Below, piece by piece: positions 8,444 through 18,012 of a stretch of DNA of 32,000 nt (position 1 is the first letter of the stretch; every line of letters starts with the position of its first letter). Below the pieces are notes generated by a model. The model was given only the letters and a program-made list of their open reading frames with translations. It had not been told where the DNA came from and searched no databases. Source of the stretch: Wolbachia endosymbiont of Cimex lectularius (GTDB taxonomy: Bacteria; Pseudomonadota; Alphaproteobacteria; Rickettsiales; Anaplasmataceae); contig NZ_AP013028.1 of assembly GCF_000829315.1 (NCBI RefSeq), positions 1,218,061 to 1,250,060 of the forward strand, given 5' to 3'. Made by a program: the position numbers and the translations under genes.

Positions 8444-11095
8444 TTAACTGTTTAGTTCTTTCACATCTGCTACTTTGTTGCAGATAACAGTAATGATATG
8501 ATTTGTTTTATCGCTATCACAGCCCATTTGAGCAAGTTCAGCGTTTCCACCGCAACCTCTTCCGGTTACAGTAGATACCAGCTCTTTTGCGCTGATCTTA
8601 TCAGTTAAGTCTTTGCTTACTTTGATAATCAGCACTGTTTTGTTTTTTTCCGTTGCTGTGAAAGCTATTACAGTTTTTGGTCTTTGTTGCTGCAGAACAA
8701 ATTTCCTTATTATACTTGCTGGAATGTCAGTGAAAACGTGGCTTACGAAATTCATTCCATTTATTTCAGTGCTTTTTGTGTTCTCTGTGCTTACGAGTTT
8801 TTTATAAAGGTTTTTTATTTTAGCTTCGGATTCCTTACGCTCTTGGATTAAAATACTGAGTCGGCTTATTATTTCGTTTACTGGCGCTTTTACGGATTCT
8901 GCGACTTTTTTCAAGTTGATTTCATTATCACGGACATAATTAATTGCTTCTTGACCGGTCAAAGCTTCGATCCTTCTTACTCCAGATGCAATAGAACATT
9001 CTGTTACTATCTTAAACAAGCCAATTTCTCCAGCGCGCTCCACGTGTGTGCCACCACACAACTCCTTTGAATCTCCAATGCTTACCACTCTTACTTGATC
9101 GCCATACTTTTCGCCGAACAATGCCATAGCTCCTTCGTCTATTGCCTGATTCATGCTCTGAATTTTTGTAGACGTGGAAAGATTTTCTCTGATTAGAGAG
9201 TTTACCATATCTTCTATTGCAAACAGTTGATCCTGAGTAACTTGAGTGTTGTGGCTGAAGTCAAATCTCAGTCTATCTGGTGCAACTAAGGAACCTTTTT
9301 GAGTAACGTGATCACCCAAGATTTTTCTCAATGCAAAGTGCAGAAGATGTGTAGCTGAATGGTTTCTTCTTAGGTCTTGCCTTCTCTCCTTATCAATAGT
9401 TGCTGTAACTGTGTCACCTTTACAAATTGAGCCAGATTTAACCACGCACCTGTGCAAATACAGGTCGTTAATCTTATTGGTGTTTTCCACTGTGATTACA
9501 CCTAGGTCTGGTGTCATTCCAGTGCGTGGCGCTGGCTGGATCCCAGTGTCAGCTACTTGGATAACAGAAGAGATAATGAAACTTCCGGTTTCCCCCGCCT
9601 GTCCACCTGATTCGCCATAAAAAGGTGTTTTATCAAGTATAATGGTTACCTTCTCTCCTTCTTTTGTAGAATCAATAACTTCATTTTTAGGAGAAATTAT
9701 GGCTATCACTTTTGCATCCTTTACCTCACTAAACTCATAACCGACAAATTCTGTTTTGCCAAATTCATCGATCAAATCGAACCATATTTGCTCAACAGAC
9801 TTTTCACCAGATCCAGCCCATTTAGCACGTGCTCTCTCTTTCTGCTCTTTCATTGCGTTATTAAAACCTTTTTGGTCAAAATTTATTTTCCTCTCTTTTA
9901 AAATATCAAGAGTGATATCCAGAGGAAACCCATAAGTGTCATATAGCTTAAACGCCGATTCTCCTGGCAGAGTATCGCCTGGTTTTAAATCTGCAGTAAA
10001 TTTTTCCAAAAGACTAATGCCTTTCATCAAAGTATCTTTAAAGTTCTCTTCCTCTGATTTTAACGTTGTCTCTATTGAGTTTTTAGCTCTAATTAGTTCA
10101 GGATAAACATCCCCCATATAAGCTGAGCTTGAGCTATCTATCAGCACTGGAAAAATGCGATGGAGTAGAGAGTCATTATATCCAAGCAGGTGGATATAAC
10201 GTGCAACTCTCCTGATTAATCTGCGCAGTACGTAATTTCTGCCTTCGTTTCCAGGAAGTACCCCTTCTGCAATGAGAAATATGGCTGCACGAAGATGGTC
10301 CGCGATGATTTTATGAGCTACTTTATTTTCTGTATTTCCACAGAGCTCTTGCGACTTATTTATCAGAGCAGAAAATAGATCAATATCATAGTTATCATGA
10401 ACGTTTTGCATGACAGCTGCTATTCTCTCAAGGCCCATTCCAGTATCGATGCATTTTTTTGGTAATTTTTGTAAATTACCCTCTTCATCTTTATTAAATT
10501 CCATGAATACTAGATTCCAAATTTCAACAACTCTATTGTCGTCTTGTAAGTTAGGTTTTGCATGGTCATAAAAAATTTCAGAACATGGACCACATGGACC
10601 AGTATTGCCCATGCTCCAAAAGTTGTCATCTGTTGCAATTCTGATGATTTTATCATCAGAAAAACCACTTACCTTGCGCCAAATCTCGTATGACTCATCA
10701 TCAGTGTGATAGACAGTTATGGATAATCTATTTTTGTCAAGAGACAATTCTTCAGTAATGAATTTCCACGCAAGTTCTATCGCAGTTTCTTTAAAGTAAT
10801 CACCGAAACTAAAATTTCCGAGCATTTCAAAAAATGTATGATGCCGAGTTGTATAGCCAACATTTTCAAGATCGTTGTGCTTGCCACCCGCTCTTAGACA
10901 CTTTTGACTTGAGACAGCGCGTTTCATCTCAGTTTTTTGTAAACCGGTGAAGATGTTTTTAAACTGCACCATACCAGCATTTGTAAACATGAGTGTTGGG
11001 TCATGCTCTGGGATCAAAGGAGAAGAAGAAACCTGCTCATGGTTGTTACTTATAAAAAACTTTATAAATCTTTCTCTAATTTCGTTTAGCTTCAT
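8444..11095 (-). CDS. alaS: alanyl-tRNA synthetase
   Basis: 883-aa ORF with [38 protein letters not shown] and the editing-domain motif HSATHLLH. It carries one in-frame palindromic-repeat insertion. Confidence 0.95.
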   Translation of the reverse strand: MKLNEIRERFIKFFISNNHEQVSSSPLIPEHDPTLMFTNAGMVQFKNIFTGLQKTEMKRAVSSQKCLRAGGKHNDLENVGYTTRHHTFFEMLGNFSFGDYFKETAIELAWKFITEELSLDKNRLSITVYHTDDESYEIWRKVSGFSDDKIIRIATDDNFWSMGNTGPCGPCSEIFYDHAKPNLQDDNRVVEIWNLVFMEFNKDEEGNLQKLPKKCIDTGMGLERIAAVMQNVHDNYDIDLFSALINKSQELCGNTENKVAHKIIADHLRAAIFLIAEGVLPGNEGRNYVLRRLIRRVARYIHLLGYNDSLLHRIFPVLIDSSSSAYMGDVYPELIRAKNSIETTLKSEEENFKDTLMKGISLLEKFTADLKPGDTLPGESAFKLYDTYGFPLDITLDILKERKINFDQKGFNNAMKEQKERARAKWAGSGEKSVEQIWFDLIDEFGKTEFVGYEFSEVKDAKVIAIISPKNEVIDSTKEGEKVTIILDKTPFYGESGGQAGETGSFIISSVIQVADTGIQPAPRTGMTPDLGVITVENTNKINDLYLHRCVVKSGSICKGDTVTATIDKERRQDLRRNHSATHLLHFALRKILGDHVTQKGSLVAPDRLRFDFSHNTQVTQDQLFAIEDMVNSLIRENLSTSTKIQSMNQAIDEGAMALFGEKYGDQVRVVSIGDSKELCGGTHVERAGEIGLFKIVTECSIASGVRRIEALTGQEAINYVRDNEINLKKVAESVKAPVNEIISRLSILIQERKESEAKIKNLYKKLVSTENTKSTEINGMNFVSHVFTDIPASIIRKFVLQQQRPKTVIAFTATEKNKTVLIIKVSKDLTDKISAKELVSTVTGRGCGGNAELAQMGCDSDKTNHIITVICNKVADVKELNS
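9512..9566. repeat. palindromic repeat element, in frame within alaS
   Basis: tgtcattccagtgcgtggcgctggctggatcccagtgtcagctacttggataaca, decoded on the minus strand as [20 protein letters not shown]. Confidence 0.8.
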
Positions 11096-11287
11096 CGTTT
11101 TTATTGAGATTATCTATGCATAATAAGTTGTAATGAGAGTAAAATCAATTCATCGATCTAAATATTAATATATAAATTATTTAGTATAATAAAAGTAATA
11201 CTTACATAAAAATTTTAATAAAAAGACATAGACTGAAACTTTCGATTTGCTAGTATAGTGAATATTAATAAATTTAGGAGTAGATGT

Positions 11288-12337
11288 ATGACAAAAAGAT
11301 CAAAAAACGCCTCGCGAAGGGAAGAAATGACACCGTTTGAGGGAAGGGAAACAGTTACTATTTTTTCTAGCTTGGAAGACATAGAAAAAGGAAGAAAAAT
11401 ATACTTTTCATTAAAAGGAGAGGGTTTAACAATTGATGCTTTTAGTATATCTGACAATTCATACAGGTTACACTTTGTTGTTGGGATGACAAAAAAGATT
11501 CCCACTCCTGAAGGGCATTGTAGATTGATGATTAATAATATTATTTCAGATCTGAAGAGTGGGAGAATAAAAAGCAAAACAGAGTATGATTTCAGAAAAT
11601 TCGACGAAAGATATCTAAAAGATCTAAAAGGACTTTTAAGTCAAAAGACTACGACAACTAGTTTACAGGAAGAATCTACTACTGAAGAAGTTGAGCATGA
11701 GACGCAGGCTACTGGGGTTACTGATAGTACAACAACAGAATTATTTAATTCTAGCCAATCGGAAAGACCTACTACTGAAAAAGTTGAATATGAGGCGCAA
11801 GAAGATAGCGAATATTTCGCTGTAGAACCAGCTCCTTTAAAACAACAAAAACTTGATCTTGCACCAGATGAAACAACTGAAGAGATCAAACACGTAATGG
11901 AAGAAATAAAAAGGTCGAATGCTAGTCATGGAATTACAACTGAAAGTATAGAATATGCTAGGGATATGACAAGAAAAGATGTTGCTTTTTCCTTTAGTAA
12001 AGTCACGTCAAGAAACGTACCAGCATTTTCTGAGTTGAGTAGTACAAATGCGACATTACCTCAATTGTCAAACGAATCAGGGATTGCCGGCACAACAGTA
12101 GCAGGATTATCAACATTGAGTGCTTATATTATAGCACCAGTATTATTAGTAGCTGCTGTTACTGTGGGTGGATGCTGGTTTTTGCGTAAACAGAAGAAAG
12201 AAGATAGTTACGATGTTGAAAAAGCTGGTGTAGAAAATGAAGTAGAAGCTCCATTCTCTGAAGAGCAAAATTCTCTGCTTGATGAAGTAAACATTGAGCC
12301 AGGAACATATCGATCTTTCCGACTTGATGATATTTAA
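11288..12337 (+). CDS. hypothetical membrane-anchored acidic Thr/Glu-rich protein
   Basis: The ORF track starts at GTG 11258, but ATG 11288 lies 7 nt after an AGGAG (11276-11280). It has a single TM near the C-terminus (IIAPVLLVAAVTVGGCWFL) followed by a ~50-aa tail. Internal repeats are TTEEVEHETQA and TTEKVEYEAQE. Confidence 0.6.
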   Translation: MTKRSKNASRREEMTPFEGRETVTIFSSLEDIEKGRKIYFSLKGEGLTIDAFSISDNSYRLHFVVGMTKKIPTPEGHCRLMINNIISDLKSGRIKSKTEYDFRKFDERYLKDLKGLLSQKTTTTSLQEESTTEEVEHETQATGVTDSTTTELFNSSQSERPTTEKVEYEAQEDSEYFAVEPAPLKQQKLDLAPDETTEEIKHVMEEIKRSNASHGITTESIEYARDMTRKDVAFSFSKVTSRNVPAFSELSSTNATLPQLSNESGIAGTTVAGLSTLSAYIIAPVLLVAAVTVGGCWFLRKQKKEDSYDVEKAGVENEVEAPFSEEQNSLLDEVNIEPGTYRSFRLDDI

Positions 12338-12570
12338 TCAGTATGTAAAAGCCGCCATACTAAACTCTATTTATAAATTTTATAGGGTAGGAACGGAGGA
12401 AGGATGGTGGCTTAGATTACGATATGGAATTACTTAAGAGCACTCGTGAAAGTATGCGTATCAAGTAGTGATAAATGGTTTAAACATAAACTGAGTAATT
12501 TGCTCCTAAAGGCTTTTAGATTAGATCTCTTGCATAACCTAAACTAAGCAGAGAAAAAGCAAAGATTGTT

Positions 12571-12653
12571 AGGGTGTCATCCAAGTACCGAAATCCAAGA
12601 AAAAGGACGGTGTCATCCCAGCGCCTCCTTTCTTGTCATTCCAGTGCTTGACA
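12571..12653. repeat. cluster of palindromic-repeat half-units
   Basis: gggtgtcatccaagtaccg ... ggtgtcatcccagcgcc ... cttgtcattccagtgcttgaca. The last unit is interrupted by the MITE-like element. Confidence 0.7.
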
Positions 12654-12882
12654 CACAGCTGTACGAACATTGCAATTAGCAGGTAATTTGCGTAACAGAT
12701 GGTGTTATCCCAGTGCTCCGACACTGGGATCTAGCCTTTCCATAATCATCAAAAACGTCGTATTTTAACATAAAACAGCTACTTTTATACTCACCAACTT
12801 AATAAAATTCCTGGATGCCAGTGTCAGCTACTTGCATGACACCCTAGTGGTAGGCTCAAATCACAATGTTCGTACAGTTGTG
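12654..12882. mobile_element. MITE-like nonautonomous element (229 bp)
   Basis: 19-bp TIRs: cacagctgtacgaacattg at 12654-12672 and the reverse complement of 12864-12882 (18/19 match). It is flanked by the 9-bp direct repeat tgcttgaca (12645-12653 and 12883-12891). No ORF is present. Confidence 0.65.
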
Positions 12883-12905
12883 TGCTTGACACTGGAATCT
12901 AGGAT

Positions 12906-13412
12906 ACTACTTTAGTTATAAATATTTAAGGAATTTACCAAGCGAAAAAAAAGCAAAAGAAGCCCTGGTCAATATCTATTTTAATAACTTGGCGTTAATG
13001 TTCTATACGTTTGACAAGTAGCTGACCTTGGGGTTGTAAATACCCATAATTTATGATAAGGGAAACGTCAAAACTTGTCAAGCAATTTTTTTGTGAAAAA
13101 AATGAGATTGGTTAAATTTTTAACTAATTTTAAAAAAAGACAAAAAAAACCCTGCAACGTGAGTTGTTTACTGTTCTCTCAAAAACTTGGCGTCCGGTTC
13201 TCTCTTACACCGCTTAATAAGCGAGGTCCAGCTAATGTAGACAAAAAATTATAAAGACATGCAGTGTCCATGCTGCAAAAATAAAACATAACACGCCTTG
13301 TTTTATACTGTGCTTTTGTCACTTAATACAAGATTAAAGATAAATTTTAGGCCTAAAACACCCACAATTCTATTGCAAGGGGACTGGCGCAGGTTGTCAA
13401 GTAGTTTTTTTA
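12906..13412 (+). repeat. noncoding module, copy A (ends 80 nt upstream of dnaE start)
   Basis: Near-identical to the reverse complement of 27121-27620. It is homologous to 23126-23598 but more diverged. It ends in ggttgtcaagtagttttttt. Confidence 0.85.
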
Positions 13413-13491
13413 TGTCGGAACTCTTGAACAAGTTTTTGTTCCTCATGAGTAAATTAATGCTATTCTTTTATTACTGGTCTGAAGTTTTTTT

Positions 13492-16400
13492 ATGTTCATA
13501 CACTTGCGTGTTCACAGTGTTTATTCACTGCTTGAGAGTTCGGTCAAAATTGAGGAGCTGAGTAGCCTTTGTTTGCGGAATAAAATGCCAGCAGTTGCGA
13601 TAACTGATTCAGGTAACTTATTTGGCTCACTCGAGTTTGCAGAATATGCGGCAAGTAGAGGAATACAGCTAATAATAGGATGCAATATTATAGTTCGACG
13701 CTCAGAGCAAAATCTACCCATATTATTGCTTGCAAAAAACGAGCGAGGGTACGCTAATTTGGTCACTTTGGTGAGTGAGTCCTTTAGAAAGCGCGAAAAT
13801 AGCAACGATATTCCTTACGTTGATTTTAATGAGCTATTAAGTTTAAGTTCAGGCCTAATCGCCTTAACCGGTGGATATGACGGCATATTGGCTCAACTGT
13901 TGTTGAAGCAAGATAAAGAAACGATAAAAAGACTACTCTTAGCATTCAATGGTCATTTATATGTTGAATTGCAGCGTCATGGGCTTAGTAAAGAGTTGGA
14001 GCTCGAAGAAACCTTAATAGACTTTGCTTATCAGCACGATATACCGCTGGTTGCAACGAATGATGTATTTTTTCCCAACAGGTCTGACTATGAGGCTTAT
14101 GATATATTAACGTGCATATCAGAAGGAAGTTATGCTCTCGAGAATAACAGAAAGAAGCTAACTACTGAGCATTATTTCAAATCTGTGGCGGAAATGGAGG
14201 AGTTATTTAGCGATATCCCCGAAGCGATTTATAATACCTCAGTAGTAGCCAGACGGTGCTCTTACATGCCAAGAAGTAGGCAGCCTATTTTGCCTAAATT
14301 TCCTTGTCGAGAGAATAAAACTGAGAATGAAGAACTGAAGGAACAGGCAATTGCGGGGTTGGAACTCCGTATTGCACAATCTTCTTCTGTCATTCCAGCG
14401 CGTGACGGTGGAATCCAGGAAAAAAGAAATATGGATCCCAGTGTCAAGCACTGGGATGACACCCATGATGTTGATTTTAAGCAATACCACGATCGGCTAA
14501 ATTACGAACTAAGCGTAATAACTTCAATGAACTACGCTGGCTACTTTTTGATAGTTTCTGATTTCATTCGTTGGAGCAAAGCAAATGGCATTCCAGCTGG
14601 TCCAGGAAGAGGTTCTGGTGCTGGATCAATTGTTGCTTGGGCGCTGCAGATTACAGATCTTGATCCAATAAAATTTGGTCTGATCTTTGAAAGATTTTTA
14701 AATCCTGATCGTATATCAATGCCTGACTTTGACATCGATTTCTGCCAGGAAAAGAGAGATTTAGTTATTGACTATGTTCGTAAGAAGTATGGTTATGTTG
14801 CTCAGATAATCACTTTTGGAAAATTACAGGCAAGAGCTGTGCTGCGCGATGTTGGAAGGGTATTGCAGATGCCTTACGCTCAGGTGGATAAAATATCTAA
14901 AATGGTTCCGTTTAATCCGGTAAACCCTGTAACTTTATCACAAGCGATAGAGCTTGATCAAAATCTGCAGAAAGAAAGGGATAGCGATGAAGTAATTGCA
15001 AAACTCCTTGATATCTCTCTTAAGCTTGAGGGGATATATCGTCACGTTTCAACTCATGCGGCTGGAATTGTGATATGCGATCAAAAGTTAGAAAATTTTG
15101 TTCCTGTTTATTATGATCCAAATTCAGCTCTACCAATTACTCAATACAGCATGAAATATGTGGAGAAAGCTGGACTAATAAAGTTTGATTTTCTCGGACT
15201 TGGTACACTGACGCTGATAGATCATGTATGTCGTTTAATTAATTGTAATGAAAGAAAAATTGATATTTCCTCGGTTCCTTTAGATGATCAGAGAACCTAT
15301 GAAATGCTCTCAAGAGGTGATTCAATTGGAGTGTTCCAGCTTGAAAGTTCGGGAATGAGAGAAGCTTTAATCAAGCTAAAACCAGACTGTATTGAAGATA
15401 TCATCGCTTTGATTTCCCTTTATCGTCCAGGGCCGATGGATAACATTCCAACTTATGTTGCAAGAAAGCACGGGCTTGAAAAGCCAGATTATATTCATCC
15501 ATTACTCGAGGGGGTATTAAAAGAAACATTTGGAGTAATAATCTACCAAGAGCAGGTGATGGAAATAGCGCGTATTCTTTCTGGATATAGCTTAGCTGAA
15601 GCAGATCTACTGAGGCGTGCTATGGGTAAGAAAATCAAAGAAGAGATGGATAAACAACGTGAACTTTTCATCCAAGGAGCAACGAAAAATGGTGTTGATT
15701 ATGATAGGGCAAGTTATATTTTTGACCTTGTTGCAAAATTTGCTGGTTATGGATTTAATAAATCTCACGCAGCTGCATATGCAGTGATATCTTACCAAAC
15801 AGCTTACCTTAAAGCTAATTATCCATTGGAATTTTTCACAGCCTTGATGAATTTGAATATCGATGACAGAGACAAACTGAATTTATTTTATCATGCTGCA
15901 AAATTCAGTGGAGTTTCTGTTCTTTCACCTGATATAAACAAATCTAAAGCTGAATTTTCAATAGAGGGTGAACGCATACGCTACGGCATTGCTGCTTTGC
16001 GTAATGTTGGTTTTTCTATAGCAGAAGGAATAGTGAACACACGTTCAAGCGCTTATAAGGACATATGGGAATTCATTCAAAATTCGGGTCATATAATAAA
16101 TAAAAGAGTATTAGAAAGCCTAATTAAGTCTGGAGCATGTGATAGTGTGCATCAAAACAGAAAGCAGCTATATGAGTCAATAGACACATTGGTTTACTTT
16201 GCAAATAAAAATAGGCAGGATAAGGAATCGAATCAAGCTGTTTTGTTTGGCAATCTTGATGTTCTCAAGCCAAAACTTGAGGATGTAGAAGACTTCAATG
16301 AAGAGGAAAAATTAGAACATGAGTTATTTTCGCTGGGATTTTACTTAACTAATCACCCACTTGAGAAATTTAGGGCCCTTTTGAGAAAATTAAATATTGG

Positions 16401-16908
16401 ATTTATCGGAGAAGGTAAGACGACAAAAACTGCTGGCGTAATATTAAATGCACGTATGAGGACTTCAGAGCGCGGAAGATTTGTTATACTCACGCTTTCT
16501 GATCCCCATAATGTTTCTGAAATAGCATTCTATAATAACGAAATAATAGAGGAGAAAAGAAACTTATTTTCGCCCGGAACATTTGTGATAATTGATCTTG
16601 AGGCTTCGGAGAATACGACAAGATTAGCAGGAAAGGATATATCTGAATTTACGGAAAGGATCACTTCTGTAATGAAGAGGTTAGTGTTAACTGGGTGTGC
16701 GGATTCACAAACAGCTGCTATGGAATTAAGTTCGGTACTGAAAGATGGAGGCAGAACCAAAATCATGCTGGAACTTCTGCTTGAAAAGCATAAAGTGAGC
16801 ATCTTGTTACCAGGTGCATATTCAATCACCCCTCAAGCTGTTTGTGAGATATCCAATTTAAGCTGGATTAAAGGCATAGAAATTGATACAAATAGCTTGC
16901 TTATATAA
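13492..16908 (+). CDS. dnaE: DNA polymerase III alpha subunit
   Basis: 1138-aa ORF with N-terminal PHP motif HLRVHSVYSLLES, GPGRGSGAGS, PDFDIDF and FNKSHAAAYA. It carries one in-frame palindromic-repeat insertion. Confidence 0.95.
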   Translation: MFIHLRVHSVYSLLESSVKIEELSSLCLRNKMPAVAITDSGNLFGSLEFAEYAASRGIQLIIGCNIIVRRSEQNLPILLLAKNERGYANLVTLVSESFRKRENSNDIPYVDFNELLSLSSGLIALTGGYDGILAQLLLKQDKETIKRLLLAFNGHLYVELQRHGLSKELELEETLIDFAYQHDIPLVATNDVFFPNRSDYEAYDILTCISEGSYALENNRKKLTTEHYFKSVAEMEELFSDIPEAIYNTSVVARRCSYMPRSRQPILPKFPCRENKTENEELKEQAIAGLELRIAQSSSVIPARDGGIQEKRNMDPSVKHWDDTHDVDFKQYHDRLNYELSVITSMNYAGYFLIVSDFIRWSKANGIPAGPGRGSGAGSIVAWALQITDLDPIKFGLIFERFLNPDRISMPDFDIDFCQEKRDLVIDYVRKKYGYVAQIITFGKLQARAVLRDVGRVLQMPYAQVDKISKMVPFNPVNPVTLSQAIELDQNLQKERDSDEVIAKLLDISLKLEGIYRHVSTHAAGIVICDQKLENFVPVYYDPNSALPITQYSMKYVEKAGLIKFDFLGLGTLTLIDHVCRLINCNERKIDISSVPLDDQRTYEMLSRGDSIGVFQLESSGMREALIKLKPDCIEDIIALISLYRPGPMDNIPTYVARKHGLEKPDYIHPLLEGVLKETFGVIIYQEQVMEIARILSGYSLAEADLLRRAMGKKIKEEMDKQRELFIQGATKNGVDYDRASYIFDLVAKFAGYGFNKSHAAAYAVISYQTAYLKANYPLEFFTALMNLNIDDRDKLNLFYHAAKFSGVSVLSPDINKSKAEFSIEGERIRYGIAALRNVGFSIAEGIVNTRSSAYKDIWEFIQNSGHIINKRVLESLIKSGACDSVHQNRKQLYESIDTLVYFANKNRQDKESNQAVLFGNLDVLKPKLEDVEDFNEEEKLEHELFSLGFYLTNHPLEKFRALLRKLNIGFIGEGKTTKTAGVILNARMRTSERGRFVILTLSDPHNVSEIAFYNNEIIEEKRNLFSPGTFVIIDLEASENTTRLAGKDISEFTERITSVMKRLVLTGCADSQTAAMELSSVLKDGGRTKIMLELLLEKHKVSILLPGAYSITPQAVCEISNLSWIKGIEIDTNSLLI
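14389..14461. repeat. palindromic repeat element, in frame within dnaE
   Basis: gtcattccagcgcgtgacggtggaatccag ... atggatcccagtgtcaagcactgggatgaca, translated as VIPARDGGIQEKRNMDPSVKHWDDT. Confidence 0.85.
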
Positions 16909-16956
16909 AAAAGCTTTATATAATGAAATATTTAATCGGTATTAAAGGAAAGTATA

Positions 16957-17730
16957 GTGAATCTTTATGAATTTACTTTTATAGCACAACAGGGCTTATT
17001 ACAGCAAGAAGTAGAAGAAATGGTCCAGGAACTAGGTGTTTTATTGAGGAACATTAAAGCAGATATTATGCTTCAGCAAATCAAGGGTATTCTAAATGAC
17101 AAGCCCGCGCAACAGGAATCAGAGGTGCGTGCTAAAAACATTCAAGAAAGTTTAGTTGATTATTCTAATTTTTTGGAAGGTTTTGCAAAAATTCTATGGG
17201 TCGAATTAGAAAAAGATCTTTCAAATTTGAAAGAGGTAGAATCAAAAATTGATAAGGAATTGAAGGGTAGTCTAAAAGGTCTGGGAATAACACAAGATTT
17301 TATAAAACTTCCAGGGGGTGGTAAGCAAATTGCTAAGAATGCGTTTATTCGCAATACAATAAATACTTTAAAGGAAAATATTTCAGAGCATCTAATAAAG
17401 ATTTTTCAAGAGGTTTTAACAAGTTCCAAAGTAACAGAGCAAAATCGATTGAGTAAAGCATTAGAGGCGCTTTTAGGAAATGTTGAAGCTTCAGGATTGA
17501 TAAAGTATGAATATTGGGGTCTATTAGACTTTGCGTATCCGATAAATAAGATGAAGAGTGGTCATTATTGTATAATGTGCGTGAGTTCTACTTCAAGTAT
17601 TATGGATGAATTTGTGCGTAGAGTAAAGCTTAACGAAAATATCATTCGCCACTTGTCTGTTCGGGTTGATAAATTTTTTGAAGGTAAATCTCATATGATG
17701 AATAAACAAATTGAGGAGCAAAGCGCATAA
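16957..17730 (+). CDS. rpsF: 30S ribosomal protein S6 with a large internal insertion
   Basis: GTG start. The N-terminus (MNLYEFTFIAQQGL) and YEYWGLLDFAYPINKMKSGHYCIM match S6, and the gene sits directly upstream of rpsR-rplI. It is 257 aa, against the ~100-135 aa usual for S6. Confidence 0.85.
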   Translation: MNLYEFTFIAQQGLLQQEVEEMVQELGVLLRNIKADIMLQQIKGILNDKPAQQESEVRAKNIQESLVDYSNFLEGFAKILWVELEKDLSNLKEVESKIDKELKGSLKGLGITQDFIKLPGGGKQIAKNAFIRNTINTLKENISEHLIKIFQEVLTSSKVTEQNRLSKALEALLGNVEASGLIKYEYWGLLDFAYPINKMKSGHYCIMCVSSTSSIMDEFVRRVKLNENIIRHLSVRVDKFFEGKSHMMNKQIEEQSA

Positions 17731-18005
17731 TGACAAGAAAACGAAGTAATTTTAATGATTCTTATGTATCTGTAAATAACAGGACTGGGTTTAGGCGTTC
17801 TAAAGTTTGTCCTCTTGCTGCGTTGGGAGATGAGGAAATAGATTATAAGAATACGGATTTATTATCCAAATATATCTCTGACTATGGTAGAATATTACCT
17901 AGAAGATTAACAGGTGTGTATGCAAAAAAACAGAGGAAATTGCGCTTAGAAATCATAAGGGCACGTTTTTTATCTCGTATTCCTTACTGTACTAAAAAAG
18001 TTTAG
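17730..18005 (+). CDS. rpsR: 30S ribosomal protein S18
   Basis: 91 aa with IDYKNTDLLSKYISDYGRILPRRLTG..KKQRKL. Its ATG overlaps the rpsF stop (TAATG). Confidence 0.9.
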   Translation: MTRKRSNFNDSYVSVNNRTGFRRSKVCPLAALGDEEIDYKNTDLLSKYISDYGRILPRRLTGVYAKKQRKLRLEIIRARFLSRIPYCTKKV

Positions 18006-18012
18006 GTAATTT

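Noticed and set aside
8438-8446. Convergent stops of ORF 6752-8440 and alaS only 3 nt apart, as a possible shared bidirectional terminator
   Set aside because: No hairpin can fit in 3 nt. This is more likely a consequence of compaction or of the upstream gene being a decaying pseudogene.
9411-9620. 69-aa plus-strand ORF inside alaS, and 14239-14490 / 14262-14462 minus-strand ORFs inside dnaE
   Set aside because: They are artefacts of the palindromic inserts, which are open on both strands. Each is embedded in an essential gene.
12571-12905. Possible CRISPR array, suggested by clustered ~30-bp palindromic repeats (also at 27641-27880)
   Set aside because: Repeat spacing is irregular, the units occur in both orientations and as half-units, and the same repeat occurs inside coding genes. 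No cas genes are present.
13298-13561. 87-aa ORF spanning the end of module copy A and the dnaE start
   Set aside because: It runs through noncoding repeat sequence, overlaps the well-supported dnaE start in another frame, and has a Phe/Leu-rich junk composition.
17070-17494. 7-bp direct repeat gcttcag at both edges of the S6 insertion, as a possible target-site duplication
   Set aside because: The copies are 418 nt apart, which is not a multiple of three, so this is inconsistent with an in-frame insertion bounded by them. A 7-mer match is expected by chance.
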